The notes under the pieces are model-generated. The model was given only the letters and a program-made list of their open reading frames with translations, made no database searches and had not been told where the DNA came from. The position numbers and the translations under genes were made by a program. Shown in pieces: positions 11,934 through 24,967 of a DNA stretch of 64,000 bases. The DNA comes from Botryllus schlosseri (Eukaryota): positions 9,488,001-9,552,000 of the forward strand of contig CM119371.1 of NCBI GenBank assembly GCA_051294905.1, given 5' to 3'. How positions within the stretch are numbered: position 1 is the first letter of the stretch; each line of letters opens with the position of its first letter.

Positions 11934-14900
11934 ATGGCGTCGGGCCAGGTTGCTCGCGACAGTGGTTGGACGTGGCTTATAAGCCTTGGAAATGCGGTCG
12001 GATTCTTCTCGCTTACGGGAATATTTTACTGTTTCGGAGTATTTTATCCAGAGGTTATGAAGGAGTTCGATGTCAAGTACGCCCAGGTTTACCTGGTGTC
12101 AGGACTCTGCACGGGAATGATGTCGTTGGGAGGTGAGTTTTCTAGTACAGTAATAACATGGGTTCGTAACCTGGGGTTCAAGGAATTGGGGTCCATGGTT
12201 AAGGGGTTCGTGAGAAGTAAAAGCTGGGACTAGAACTAGAACTAAAAACTACGTTGTCCTTATATAAGAGATCTGTCCTTGTTTTGTCTAAATCCTCAGG
12301 GTTCACTGCGGCTCACAATAGCGCCGAGACGATTGAAACACCTATATTTTGTTTTTCTTTTGTGGTGTTTTTCTACTACAATGGTGATTTACACCTAGCC
12401 TATATTCTTTATTGTGATTCCGTAACTGCTGACTTGTAGCACTTCCCATATATAGGCTTTGTTAAGACACCACTTACGTAGATTGGACGGCGAGTGAGCG
12501 TAGATAAACCTCCAACACCTGGAAAGGAATTGTTACAAACACAAATAAGTGCATTCCAACTGGCATTTACGCCTAGCGGGGCGAGGATAATGAAGGATAG
12601 GCCTACTCATCTCTCCATAGGCCGAGAAACACTGCAGAATCAACGGTCTCCAAATTAGGCGATATTTGAAATATAACTTCCGATTTACCTGTATTCATAT
12701 CTCCGTCCCTACCCCTATTGTCAGTCACACTGGATGTTCTCATCTTCGCTTTCTTCTGATAAACCGACCTAATCCCCTTTCGACACTCTCTTTTGCTTTT
12801 CAGCCTTCTTTCTTGTGTTTGTCAAGTGGTTCGGTATCAGACGACTGGCAATGGTCTCAAGTTTTTTCTTCAGCGTGTCACTACTGGCGGCCTCCCAAAG
12901 CACCAACATCACATATTTCATTTTATTCTGTGGAGCAGCAGCCGGTAAGAGTATAATATTCTCATCATCATCATTATCCTCATTTTATCAATTGTTTTAT
13001 CGAATCAAGCGACATATTGAAAAGATAGGACGGTGCCGGTCACAGGCACCGCACACGGCACGTAGACATTTTAGCGATGTTGTTGTCTTGAGGTTAGCTC
13101 AAACGTACCTGACCATTAGCTAAATCAACTTCGTCGTGCGACAAGCATTATTCTCTAAGGGTGGTAGGTGTTGGCCAATAGCAAGGGAATAAAGTAATGT
13201 CATAAAGTGATCTTCTAGAGCAGTGGTTATCAACCTGTGGTACGCGCGTAGATTCTGTTTTTTTACGACCGAAGGGAGTTATTGGTTCAGGTGGAGTTGA
13301 TTTTGAGCGTTTTGTGGCATCGGCTCCTCGTATTCGACGCTAGCTTTTCCTGCTAGTAAGCTAGTCCCCAGCTTTTAATATTTCCTTCTAATTAGGAGTG
13401 CGACCAAGGATTTTCATCCCTAATGACTATCAAGTCGAAGAGACGAAACCGACTTATTGCGCCCATGCATGACTTTCGATGCGCTGTGAGCAAACGTATG
13501 CCACGCATCGATCAGCTAGTGCATGAGTGGCCAACCGTGGCCCGCGGGCCAAATGTGACCTGCAAGAAGATTATGAGTGGACCGCGAGATAATTCTCGAA
13601 ATTAGTTATAATATCAAATAATAAATTACTCGGGTAATTTACTGGGAACTTCCAAGACCAACCAAAAACTTGATCAGTCAGACCCCGAAATTTGGGATGC
13701 TGGTGACTTAAATACCAGTTCCGACACATTGGCGTAGCCAGGAGCCAGCAACATTTTCGTAGATCTTCCTATATGACTATAACGTATAATATTTCGTGGC
13801 AGATTTATTCTGCTTGGCATTTTTCTTAGCACTTCGCGCGATTCATAGTCACTTAATGTCTTCCTTTCTGTAGCCCTTCCTGAATATAAAAATATGCCAA
13901 AGCTACTTAATTGAGTATATTGGCAATTATGAGAGACGTGCCGCCGTCCAACATCAAACTTCGCGTCTGCACTCGCAGAGATGATGTTGAAGATTATCGG
14001 TGATGAAACTTTGACACAAAATGATAGACGCGTGTTCATCGAAATCGTCGCCATTATTATGTCCGAATAATCCTTTTTGCCAAGTGATCCCAGTGGTATA
14101 CAGAGGTGACCCGCAATATATGCGAGTGACATTAGTATTGGCCGAACTCATTCACTGACTTTGAAACATTTTTGTGCTTCGCGCGGTTACTTCAGGAGTG
14201 CATTGTGCACACTGACTTTTCATGACATAATTGTTATCGATTTTGATGCGTAGTGATATAAGTATTGTTTTCATCATTACCTAATCCGGTTCGCTCCTAT
14301 CGGGTGGCTAAATACAGGTCATCATCATTCAAGTGGCCCACGCAATGCTTCGCAAATTTCATGCGGCCCTTTAGTCGGAAAGGTTGGCCGCCCCTGAGCT
14401 AGTGGAAAATACACAAATGCAGCCATCGCAGTGAATAAATTGACTTTTGTTGTTTGTTGATAATTCATCGTTTTGTTCTTCTTGTGATTGGTGGTGAAAA
14501 AAACAGTTCCATGCATCCCATCAGTCCTGACTGATAATGCCTAGTTTAACAGAATGTGAAGTCAAATACGTGCTTATGACGTCATAACTGGTGGGAACAT
14601 TTTTGACCGCCTTAGGCACGCTTAACTTGTAGGTGGTGCGCGAGCACTGCATAAAACCTCGAAATGGTACGTGGGTGGAAAAAGGTTGGGAACCACTGTT
14701 CTAGAGAGTGGCATTCTACAGAATGTGTCCTAATTGAGTATGATCGGAGCTGCTACTTCGACGTTGTAAGCCACATTGCTTTAAATCCTTGTGGTTTAGA
14801 TTCAAAAAGCATATTATACATGGCACAAGACGTGATTTTATAAGGAGATGTCATTTTTCTTCATAACTCTTTGCCTTTCCACACGCTCTGTACAGATGAT

Positions 14901-17900
14901 TGACAGACAGACAGACCATAAAAAGTATCAGCTAACAGCTACACGCATTGACCAATTACTCTTAATTTACAGACATTTCTAATCGGTGAAGGGCTCGCTA
15001 ACACCCAATATCTAGCATAGTTGTATTGATGGTACGACGAAAGCATGTCATTTAAAAACGTAATATAATTAGTATACCATTGTCGTTGTTGAGACTTGAA
15101 AGTTGCAGCACGAATTAAGCGCATTCCGAGTACAAGAAATATTATTCCTCCCAGGCGGCCTCGTGCCCACCTTCAGATGCTTTCACCATAACTGGTCGAT
15201 GGCAAACTTGGTTCCAAGATTGTGAGCCGGCGATGTTATAAGTCTGCGGATTGATTTTCAAAATCGTGGAATGTGACCATAAAATTTTAAACGCCATGCA
15301 ATCAAAACTTTGACCAGTTGTCACGTGGAATTTAGCAGGGACAAGCATATTACGGAGAATGAAATGACACCATCGTTAATATTCGTTACGTGGGGAAAAT
15401 GAATATATTTGCTACATAATAAAATTTGACTTGGCCCTACAATCTACATGTGTCCACGGATTAGGTCGCCGGAATGCTGACGACTCTTCGCACAGACGAC
15501 TGGTCATGAATGGATTCATTCAACGTGGAACTTCCGTGCTTTTTCAGGGTTCTTCAGTGGAATTACGATCAATGTCATGTTCTTCTCGGTGACAGTATAT
15601 TACGATAAACATCGGGCTAAGGCAGCTGGCATCGCGACTGCTGGAATATCTGTCGGAGTGTTGGTGGCTGCGCCTTTATTGTCCGCATTGATCGAGGAAT
15701 ATGGTTGGAGAGGTGCGATGCTGATAACGTCTGGGATATCGTTGAACGCATGTGTGGGGATGGCTCTTTATAGGTTGGAATATTGGATCCGTAATATATA
15801 TTTTGTGCACGAGCGGCGATCTAAGATACTAATTCACAACATATGGAATATCTACATTCAAATTTCTTTTTTGAAGCATTGACTTGAAAGAAGGGATTGT
15901 GTGCCATTAACAATAACGTAGGCCTACTAGAAAGACATCATTTGATAATAACTAGGGAAAGGTGAAGCACAATAAATATGCCACGTGTGGATACATCGTG
16001 AATATTTTCATGCCGCGGCAGGAAGAATACATATCGCTGAGACGATTTTGTAGTTTCAGTTCAGCCGTAATCCTGTTGTGGTTTGATGTCGTCAGGGTCG
16101 CTGCCTTTCTTAGAAAATCGCGATTCTCTTAATTTTGCTAACCTGCGTAAATTTATATCGCTACCTTTCGATCGCGTTTTAGGTGGGTATATCCCGTTTG
16201 TTTTGGTTGAAATTAGTACACAGCTCCGTCAGAGCAGTTGTTAATCGCCCTGTACACCATTTCGGGCACAGGATTGTGGTGTTAATTTTTTTGGGGGTTT
16301 TAGCACTGAAGAAGTGGATGGGACACATTGGGACAATTTGATTGGGGCACAATGGTCCATTGACATCCAAAAGCAGATTTTACAAAACATATAAAAATAA
16401 ATAGAAGAGTCCGCAGAAGCAAGATGGTCACCAACACATAGAAAACATCTCTTGAAGTCTCACGCAATAAATGACGGACAGTAAGGTTATTTTGCCAACC
16501 CTTATAATCAATATGGATCGACGTGCTGGCAGCGATATTCGTGAAAGTTTCATTACGATTGCAAACATTCAGGATGAAAACTAAAACTGCTCTGGGACAC
16601 CCGGTTATCCATTATTTTCTTTACTCGTTCTCAGTTTCTTACTAACCGATCCGGTGTTCGTTGTGTCAATAGTGTCCCATCGGACTCTGCCTATATGGGG
16701 CACAATGGCACGTTATTTCGGCGCATTTCGAACTCATATTTCTTTCATGTTCATGTTCATCCATCGTTGAGCTGAAGTTCATTGGTATATCTGGATTTGT
16801 AATGTCTTTTACGACTAAAGTGTGATTCCTGCCCCATTGTGTCCCCCGTTCCTTTACTTCCGACGGACTTGGCATAATATGCACTCATTGCACTGCGTGG
16901 TGATGTTGGGCAATTCTAGTGACATGGATGTAGATATTATTAAAGGCGTGTTGAAGTTAATTCAACCATAACTTCTCGGCAACGCCGTCTCAGTAAGTTT
17001 GATTCTTGGCATTGTCCATTCTCGGTAATGTCCATTCTCTGTGGGGTCCATTCTCGGTAATGTCCATTTTCGGTAATAATTTTCTTGGTATTGGTTTAGT
17101 AGTACCATGATGCTTAAATTATTTTACGCTGACGAAAACGATTGGCAATATCACGGCTCATCTATCAACATTGAACGTTTAAAATCACTGAGAGAGACAG
17201 AGTTGTTTTGCGTCAACTATATCAGACCAAAAAAATAGTGGAAATATGCGGTAGAAAACAATACTATAAATAAATTGTCGATGGTCAAGTACAAAACCGC
17301 ATTTTATCATCGGGATCAGCAAAAAAAAATCACTATTTCCAGGTACCCCAATCTTTAGTTTCTTTTATATGATAGAATTGATACATCATTAAATGAACGA
17401 ACCGACGTGATGCTCACTAACGGGAGACATACGTAAATTGAAGGATGACAAATTGTTGCAGATATTGCCCGTACTCACAATAGAATATTGCACCTTCATT
17501 AAATTACTAAGAGTTTTGCGGTTGGCATTCTCGGCTATTTTTCTTCCTCGCTTACAATTGACGATTCATTCCGTCCGCCTACCAGAAGTAACATAGCTTC
17601 ATTTCCACAGACCAGTAGTCACGGAACAAGTCAGCAGCATATCCAAATGTGACGTTTACAAAAACTATGAAGATGAACAACCGCGTAAGCGAAAATGTAC
17701 AGATCGACTGACTGCAATCTTCGACTACACGTTATTTACGCGTCCCGAGTACATCTTGGTCTACGCGAGTAGTATGATGCGATACGGCCTTTATAGTAAG
17801 GTCATCTAGTCTGCACCCCCGGTTTTTTTCTCCTCCATGCTATCCGTGATTGCTGAGCGCCTAGCAGGATAGCCGCGGATACCAGTTTTCGAGTCTTTGG

Positions 17901-20900
17901 TCTGACCCGGCCGGGGATCGAACCCACGACCTACCGATCGAGAAGCCGGACGCTCAACCATTACACTATCTCGCTCGGTGATGTCCCTGCCTTTTGCATT
18001 TTTATATGCTGAATATTACTATAACCCTCGCGCTTTCTGTCAATATCCCAAGTTTCCAATACCGAACATACCAGAATACATTTTTGGGTATAATTGTCAC
18101 AATATTAATAGCATTCAAGTCCATCATCTCTATGCTGATAACAATACACAGTAGACCTATGCTACTGAAGTAATATTATTTCTCGTGCCACAGTTCGGAA
18201 CAACATTTCTTATCGTTCCGCTGGCTATGGAATCACTGGGTTTGGAACGATCGGATGGTTCGATTTTACTTTCGGTGTATTATGGAGGGGAGCTTTTCGG
18301 CAAACTGCTAAGCGGACTAATCGCCGACTGCAAGAGAATTAATAGGTTGGTAAAAATATGTCACAAATTTATATGAAGTGTAGAATCGCCCGAATTAGGC
18401 TATATTTGCCCAGTACTGTAGCGAGTCCGAAATGGATCTCCAAAAGGTGTACGCTGCAACGTCTGAGACCTTTTTTCGAGTGCGAAGCCTCGTGTATATA
18501 TTTGGTTAACTCTCGTTTCCGGTTGTATGTCCATAAACATATTCAATTCATGCCAACAGCAGCTCCATCGAATAGTGACATATAGAGAATATTGTTATGT
18601 CAAGATCGGAAGGTGGCTACTCATCGGCTTACCTTTACATATTGGTGTGTAGTTAGTGTCGCGGTTATAAATTGTACGTGGCTACGTACATACCTTCCTA
18701 CGTCCCAATACTATCGTCATTTGGTTTACAATGTTGTGTTTTATTTATACCGTTGTGTAACTCACGGGTGGTACACGGGTGCGAATGCACGCTGTTTGTC
18801 GCTAATGGTGTTCTGTACCGTGTACACTGTACAGCAGGGCCGGCCAACCCGTGGCCCGCGGGCCACATGTGACCCGCGAGAAGGTTTTGAGTGGCCCGCG
18901 ATGTAATTTCCGAAATGTCTAATATCAAAAATGAATTGCACAGATTGTGAACTTGCAAGGCCAACCAAAAATTTGATGAGTCTGGTTGCAACACTTGAGA
19001 TGTGATGACTAAAATATCAGGTCCGACGCATTGACAGATCCATCAGCCAGTCACATATTGGTATATCTTCGTATACACTACAATAAAGCAGAATAATTTG
19101 CGATAGATTTATCAAAAGTAAAAATTTTCTACAAGCTTAGCGCAACATGTTGTCACTTGATTCCTTGTTTTTAATATTGTTGCCCTTTTTATGAAAATGG
19201 AAAAACGCCTAATGTATCAGATTGAGTCGAACTATATTCGCGATTACGGGACAAAGTGTCGTTCAACATATGCGACCTTGCGTTTGCGCTCGCAGTAAGA
19301 TCGTTGACTATGAAACCTAGGCACGGAAAGATTGACGCTTGTTGGTCGCAGCTTTCGATATCGATATGTCCATGCGCCGAATAGCCCAGTCCTTGCAAAC
19401 TCAGCCCAGCGATATACGGCAGGCCCGCAATATACTCAAATGACAATATTATTGACCTATGAACTTCAAAAAAATTCGCGCTTCGCGCGGTAAGTGGCCC
19501 GCGCAATATTTCGTCAATCGAATGTGGCCCTTTGGCTGAAAAGGTTGGCCAGCCCTGCTGTACAGTGTACAAGGGCAACCACCATAAATTCTACCTTCCA
19601 TTGTAACTACAGCCCGACAGATTATAGATTCCCGATAAGGATGCCGTATCTTTTGAATATCGGTCGAGTATATCAGGGTTATCGTTGAATGTGGTAGATA
19701 TCGATTTTATCGGTATCAGTACAAATCCGATATCGTTAGGGCTCTAATCATAACACTTTATACTCCACATCGACAACGAAGCATCGGAAGCCACCAGGGC
19801 TCTTCAATGATACGAATATAATCAAGCAATCACGAGGTGCGAAAAATAAGTCTAAATAGGGCTTATAAAGATGAATTATGACCGCACTGGGCTGTTATAA
19901 TATGAGACAAGCTAGTAGTTGAAACTTTTATACACAAGCTCTGTTTCATGCCGTTTGTTGGTCCATGTTGTCTCACATGCCGGTAGAACATGTTTCCGGG
20001 CATGTTTGACACCGTTCTCTTCCTTCGGGTGTGGTGCCAGGCAGACGTTGCAGAATTGAGTTCGAAGCCCCTGCCCTATGCAATGGTGGAAATCTTTTTT
20101 ATTCACATTGTACCTGTTTATTTGTATGTGTATTGTCACCGACGTGCTGGGGGTAAGCTTCCACCAGACAGCCCCGCTTATTTTCCTGCGTCATGGTAAA
20201 TATCATTAGATTTCGCGATTTTCGTTTAGGCTACAGAGTGTCATACATCAGACCATCACCAATTATCTAATATACATTCGTTTTAGGCCATTATTCTTGG
20301 GCATTGCCTCGTTTCTTGGCACACTCGCTACCTTCGGGATGACTTTGTGCGGGACGTTCACTGCTGCCTCCGTTATGGCTTTCGTTATTGGAATGACCTA
20401 CGCGCCCTACGGTGGCCTATATGCACTCCTACATCCGGAGGTGTTCGAGTACAAACAGATTAAAAATGCTATAAGCTACGATGGCTGTATGAGCACAATA
20501 TTGACGCTGCCGGTGTTATACGTTTTAGGTAAGTTCTCGTTATTAACGGATAACGTGCTCCTTGTGCACTACGTCAAGCGGTATTTTTGATTCGGTACGT
20601 TATTTCTGACCTAATGTTTGACGTTCGATCAAATACTATATAGAGCATCTAACCACAGATTACTAACCTACCGATAGATGCGCAACACGGGACTCACGGT
20701 TGAATGTGCAGAGAGGTGTACTGCTGACCCGGCTAGAAGCAGCATAATTGGTAGTACTATAGCTGGCGATCCAAATTTGATATGTCTGGTCTTAGTCGAA
20801 AGCTAGTGTCGCACTGATTCTGGAAATAGAAACCACACGAACCACCCCAAAAATTGTCATCAAAGTCCGAAAATTGGGATTGTTCTAAATCAGTGGTTCT

Positions 20901-23358
20901 TAACCTTGTCTCCAGCGCCCCCCAGGGGCGATTTGGATTTTGAAGGGGGTGAAATGGGGGGGTGCTGAGCTCAGGGGGAGTGGCATGGGGGGCACTGAAA
21001 AAAGTGGCTTCACAGTAGGTGGTGTAGTAAGGACATATGATTATATAGTAGAACAATAGTTCCATATATCCCTGAGTTCTCATTGCAAACTGACATCGAC
21101 AAAATCTGTCAAACCAAAACCAATAAGAACCACTGTTCTAAACAATCATTCGACGCAATTGGCCAATAGCCATTGTTATGATCATTGTGCTGTGGCGCTC
21201 TCATTGTTCAGAACGATCGGCATTTGACGTCTATCTTAGAGTGGTTACATTGCCGTGACGTCATTATAATTTGTATTTTCGGAATTAATGCGTCACCAGC
21301 TTTTGATTAAGACCAGGCATATCAAATTTGGACGCTTGGATCGCCAGCTATAGGACTACCAATTATGCTGTTTTAGAAGCTCAGCAGTGGGCCTCTGCGC
21401 ATTCAACAGTGAGTCATCTATCCGTAGGTAGGTTAGTAATCTATCATAATCTGGAACGCGTTGTAACGCCGGTACTTTTCTAGTTACATCACATACAGTT
21501 ATGCAATGCAACCATTCTTTATCCTGGGTCATCGAATAGTGTTCGATATACGACACCCTTCTTGGCAGGACTGGTAAAGTCAACTGCAGTGACGCGATAC
21601 CTTTGCTTCTCAGACATCGATGAGTTTTCAATCATTTTATTTCTCCTCGTGTGACAAAGCATTGGAATAAATACGTAGGTTATAATATATTATTAAAATT
21701 GAAAACTTGAAAGTGGCTTCTGATAATTGGCGCGGGTGTGAAATTTATCAGTAAATTTATATCTTAATGTCAAAATCGAATATTTACGAAAGCAACGATG
21801 GCTTTTAGACTTGCAATTGTATTTCCAATCAGAGCACAAACTTACTAACCCTTTATCTTAACTATAGCCCTTATTTCGCTTATCTTATGAACTGGTTAGG
21901 GTTGCATTCGAAACAAACGATAGTTTAAAACTTTTTGTTCAAACCATGTTTTAAACAGTGTTTTAAATAAAGGCCTTTTTTTAACAAACAATTTCGTGTA
22001 CCACCTAAAAATAGTACATTGAACGCTCTCTCATTCGAAATTTCATGCTGGTGACGTCATATTTTGTAATACGATTGTTGATATACAATGTTCTTTCCAA
22101 TTCTCTACTAGTTGCTGACGATTACCCCTGACGAGTGTCAGCCGAAAATATTCGGGTTCATTTCAATATGAATATACTATTTAATTTCTTTTCAAGTTGT
22201 AAGATCATGCCATGATTGTGTAAATACGTGTTGTATGAGCCTACGAACAATTACCACCCGATATAGCTGACGTATACGATGTTGGGTGGTTGGAACCCTC
22301 AAAATAGTCGGTTCAGCAGCTATAGTACGTAGATATTTCTTCAAAGCAGCTATATTTACTATATATTTTCAATTGTCAATGTCAATCCACTTTGACGTCA
22401 CAATTTCAAATTCGTGACGTCATGTCCTAAAAAAAACAATAAAAAACATGTTTTAAACAACGGCCTTGTTTTAAACATGTTTGTTTCAAATAGATTTTTG
22501 TTTTAAATACAACCCTAGAACTGGTACTTAGGGCAAGCGTAAACCCGTAATTTCACCTTCACATTAAACTCCCGATTCATTTGTGGCATGGGCGAAATGG
22601 GTGTATTGACTAGAGTTCCTCCATTGGAATGAGTGAAAACGAATACACCAATCCTTATAGATGTATATGTCCCTGGTTGCAGTAATCTTGTAAACATGTA
22701 CTGCCCGTATTCGTCTTTTTAATGTGGTAGACAAAAACAGAACACATTTCATCCTTGATATAGTGCTATGACAGCATTGGTGTAGGCTAGTCGGCAGTTT
22801 TCCACGTTCTGGACTGGAAGTGATACAAATTGTATAACAGTAATGGTCGTTTCCGGGATCTTGGCCGCAAACTAAACTGTCCTTGAGATAACTTGCTACT
22901 CGAAAAGTTGCTACTCTGTCGGTTTACTACACTTGCGGTGGCTTTGGTAAAACTTAATCCAACGGATTATCAGACACAATTTTTTTGAATAGCATGAAAT
23001 AGCCTTTTCTCCCAACCTTCAAATGCTAGCGATTACGGACAGTGCTAGGCACGACGACCACCAGAATAAGTGACGAAATCCGTATTGTTTTACGTTCACA
23101 GGAGTGCTGATCGATGCAACTGGAGACGTTCGAGTGCCTTTTTACGTTTGCGGACTTTTCATATGTATTTGCGCCACGTCTCTTGTCGGTATTTATGTAC
23201 TCTTACAAAGGCGCGATTCGACCAGGGCTTTAGGGCCGGAGCCGGAGCAAAGAGCCGGAGCCCCGGAGCAGTGCATTTTAAGCGGAGACAGAGCCGGAGG
23301 CGGATCTCTAGATAAAATTCAAGTAGATCCGGATCCGGAGCTGGATCCTGTTGTTTAA
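11934..23358 (+). CDS. SLC16/monocarboxylate transporter-like MFS permease, copy A (exons 11934-12132, 12804-12944, 15548-15773, 17611-~17800, 18194-18345, 20287-20528, 23102-23358); possibly disrupted
   Basis: SLC16-type motifs DSGWTW, FGVFYPE, YYDKHRAKAAGIATAG, YGWRGA, GLIAD, LIDATGD. GT-AG exons 1-3, 5 and 6 have the same lengths as in copy B (199, 141, 226, 152, 242 nt). The exon 4 donor is uncertain because of a SINE, and the C-terminus is extended by a TE. Confidence 0.85.
13221..14698 (+). mobile_element. hAT-Charlie deletion derivative with transposase C-terminal remnant
   Basis: TIR CAGTGGTTATCAACC / GGTTGGGAACCACTG. TSD TTCTAGAG at 13213-13220 and 14699-14706. Remnant ECDQGFSSLMTIKSKRRNRL..DFRCAVSKRMPRIDQLV/ENTQMQPSQ* resembles the Charlie/Buster dimerisation tail. 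Confidence 0.85.
13522..14396 (+). mobile_element. Charlie-type MITE family Y, nested
   Basis: Ends CATGAGTGGCCAACC / GGTTGGCCGCCCCTG. TSD AGCTAGTG at 13514-13521 and 14397-14404. Splits the transposase remnant. Confidence 0.85.
17775..17979 (-). mobile_element. tRNA-derived SINE (core resembles the Meta-SINE domain)
   Basis: Minus strand has A box TAGTGTAATGG and B box GGTTCGATCC, then CAGACCAAAGACTCGAAAACTGGTATCC..GCGCTCAGCA. Related copy at ~25796-25990. The Meta-domain assignment is from memory only. Confidence 0.8.
18835..19557 (+). mobile_element. Charlie-type MITE family Y
   Basis: TIR CAGGGCCGGCCAACC / GGTTGGCCAGCCCTG. TSD CTGTACAG at 18827-18834 and 19558-19565. Further fragments at ~26740-27063 and ~34130-34800. 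Confidence 0.9.
20891..21135 (+). mobile_element. Short Charlie-type MITE, family Z deletion form
   Basis: CAGTGGTTCTTAACC..AAGAACCACTG. TSD TTCTAAAT / TTCTAAAC. Left end shared with 28121-29913. Confidence 0.75.
21897..22517. mobile_element. hAT-like MITE with TAGGGTTG ends
   Basis: TAGGGTTGCATT / AATACAACCCTA. Perfect TSD GAACTGGT at 21889-21896 and 22518-22525. Related to 54421-56329. Confidence 0.85.
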
Positions 23359-23380
23359 AAGTAAGCTCCGGCTCCGATGT
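23223..23380. mobile_element. Terminal fragment of a hAT-like MITE (CAGGG end, GGAGCCGGAGC repeats), read through in copy A's last exon
   Basis: Homology with copy B ends abruptly at 23222. What follows is CAGGGC plus GGAGCC repeats, like the CTCCG repeats at the ends of 39450-41679. The other end and TSD were not found. Confidence 0.6.
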
Positions 23381-23798
23381 AATTCAAAGATGCTATGCTA
23401 CTTCTATTGCCGTTGTCGTCGATAATCGTTCACAAAATTAAAAAATTTTGCCACCTTGGCACTACCTTTTTAGACTAACCATGTTCATGTTTGTACATAT
23501 ATCTGCAAGACGTGGGTAGGGTAGATATGCTGCGATATGCTTCGTATAATTACTGTGTTGTGAGTATTCGTCATCAGTTTGTCAAGTAGAAGTAGTTCAA
23601 TCTTCCAATCAGGAAGATAGCCTGAGGAATTTCGGGGCTGTTTTCACGGAGTACCAACATTTAATTTCCATAAAAGTTGAGTAAAGCTCAGAATTTTCGT
23701 TGCGCTTCGCGCGCAGTGGATACGGCGTTACCATTATGATTTCACGAAAGTATCGATGAATATAATTTAGGTAGCGGGTTGGCGTGATTCCGTTCACA

Positions 23799-23834
23799 CA
23801 GGGATATCTAGAACTAGACATCTAGATATCCCTG
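23799..23834. mobile_element. 36-bp hairpin micro-element
   Basis: CAGGGATATCTAGA-ACTAGACA-TCTAGATATCCCTG, flanked by perfect 8-bp TSD CGTTCACA (23791-23798, 23835-23842). Confidence 0.8.
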
Positions 23835-24967
23835 CGTTCACACCACATTGTCGCCCTTCGCCTGTATGAAATAATTCATCGCAGTATATATGGCTCATCA
23901 TAACGTTTGAAACTTATGTTTCGCAATCTAGCATTTACTTGTCATATCGTAATCTAGCATGTCCATGGCGCATCCTACCTCGGAAAAGTGGACTCTGACA
24001 TTTTTGTCAGTTTTAGAGCTGTTTCAGCATACCACCTATGAAACTTTCTGAACTAAAGGCGTAAAAACGTGTTCCACTTTTAGAACTAGTAGTTATGTTT
24101 CATTTTCAATTCCCAGTATCATATACTTTGAGTTATAATTATTATCAGTTCTTTTGTATGGATAACATACACGTTGAAGTATAAAGGCAAGTGTAGTAAT
24201 GCCTTTAATTTCCGGAAATAAAGCTACACAATATCGCATTTTTACGGTCCACCATATTTTTTATTAACGTTTGCTAATCGCGCAAAGTGTTTACACCGTA
24301 TCCCATACAACTTCTCCGTATTGCTCTTCGACTAAACTGCGGACCTTATAATATGGGGATGGCGCCATAACATGCTATTTTTTAAAACGTGCTGTTCGAG
24401 AAAACAGGATAAGTATCGCATTTCCATATCAATCCTATCATTTTCATCCCATGATGTGGACGAATGCTTATGCTATCGAAAATTGGATACCTGCTCGTAC
24501 GCATCAATGTGAATCAAGCTCGTCACCTTTCGCGTAGCTGAATTTGCACCTTTATACAATCCATGTGAACAAATTAGGATCGTTTTCAAACCTAATTACT
24601 TACTTGAGTACTTTTAAAGTCAGTCAATTCTACTTCTACTTCAAGTAGTTTTAGGTTTCTTATGGAAGAAGTACTTCTACTCGTACTTGAGTAGATTTTT
24701 TCGTCGCTACTTCTACTTCTACTTGAGTAGCTTTCTTGACTACTTTGACCACCTCTGGTCATTTGTGTGGTTCGAAAAATAAATATCACTGTGCAATGTG
24801 CATTTCAAAAATCCCGACTGATGCTTATGCGAGCTGAGTAATTTAGTTAATTAGTAATCAGGCGAATATCTAAGCGACGCAAGAAGTTGGAAAACGGTCG
24901 ATTGGGAATCGTGCAAACCACGAAACACTGTCTCCTATCTGAATTAGACGAGCAAATGCACGTTTGT

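Noticed and set aside
17900..17979. Functional tRNA gene (also ~25796-25870)
   Set aside because: A and B boxes are present, but there is no convincing acceptor stem or terminator, and both copies continue into a shared SINE body.
24590..24760. (CTACTT)n-rich segments (also ~26240-26335, ~48350-48540, ~54115-54295)
   Set aside because: Probably ends of another hAT-like MITE, but paired TIRs and TSDs could not be fixed, so they are not listed as features.
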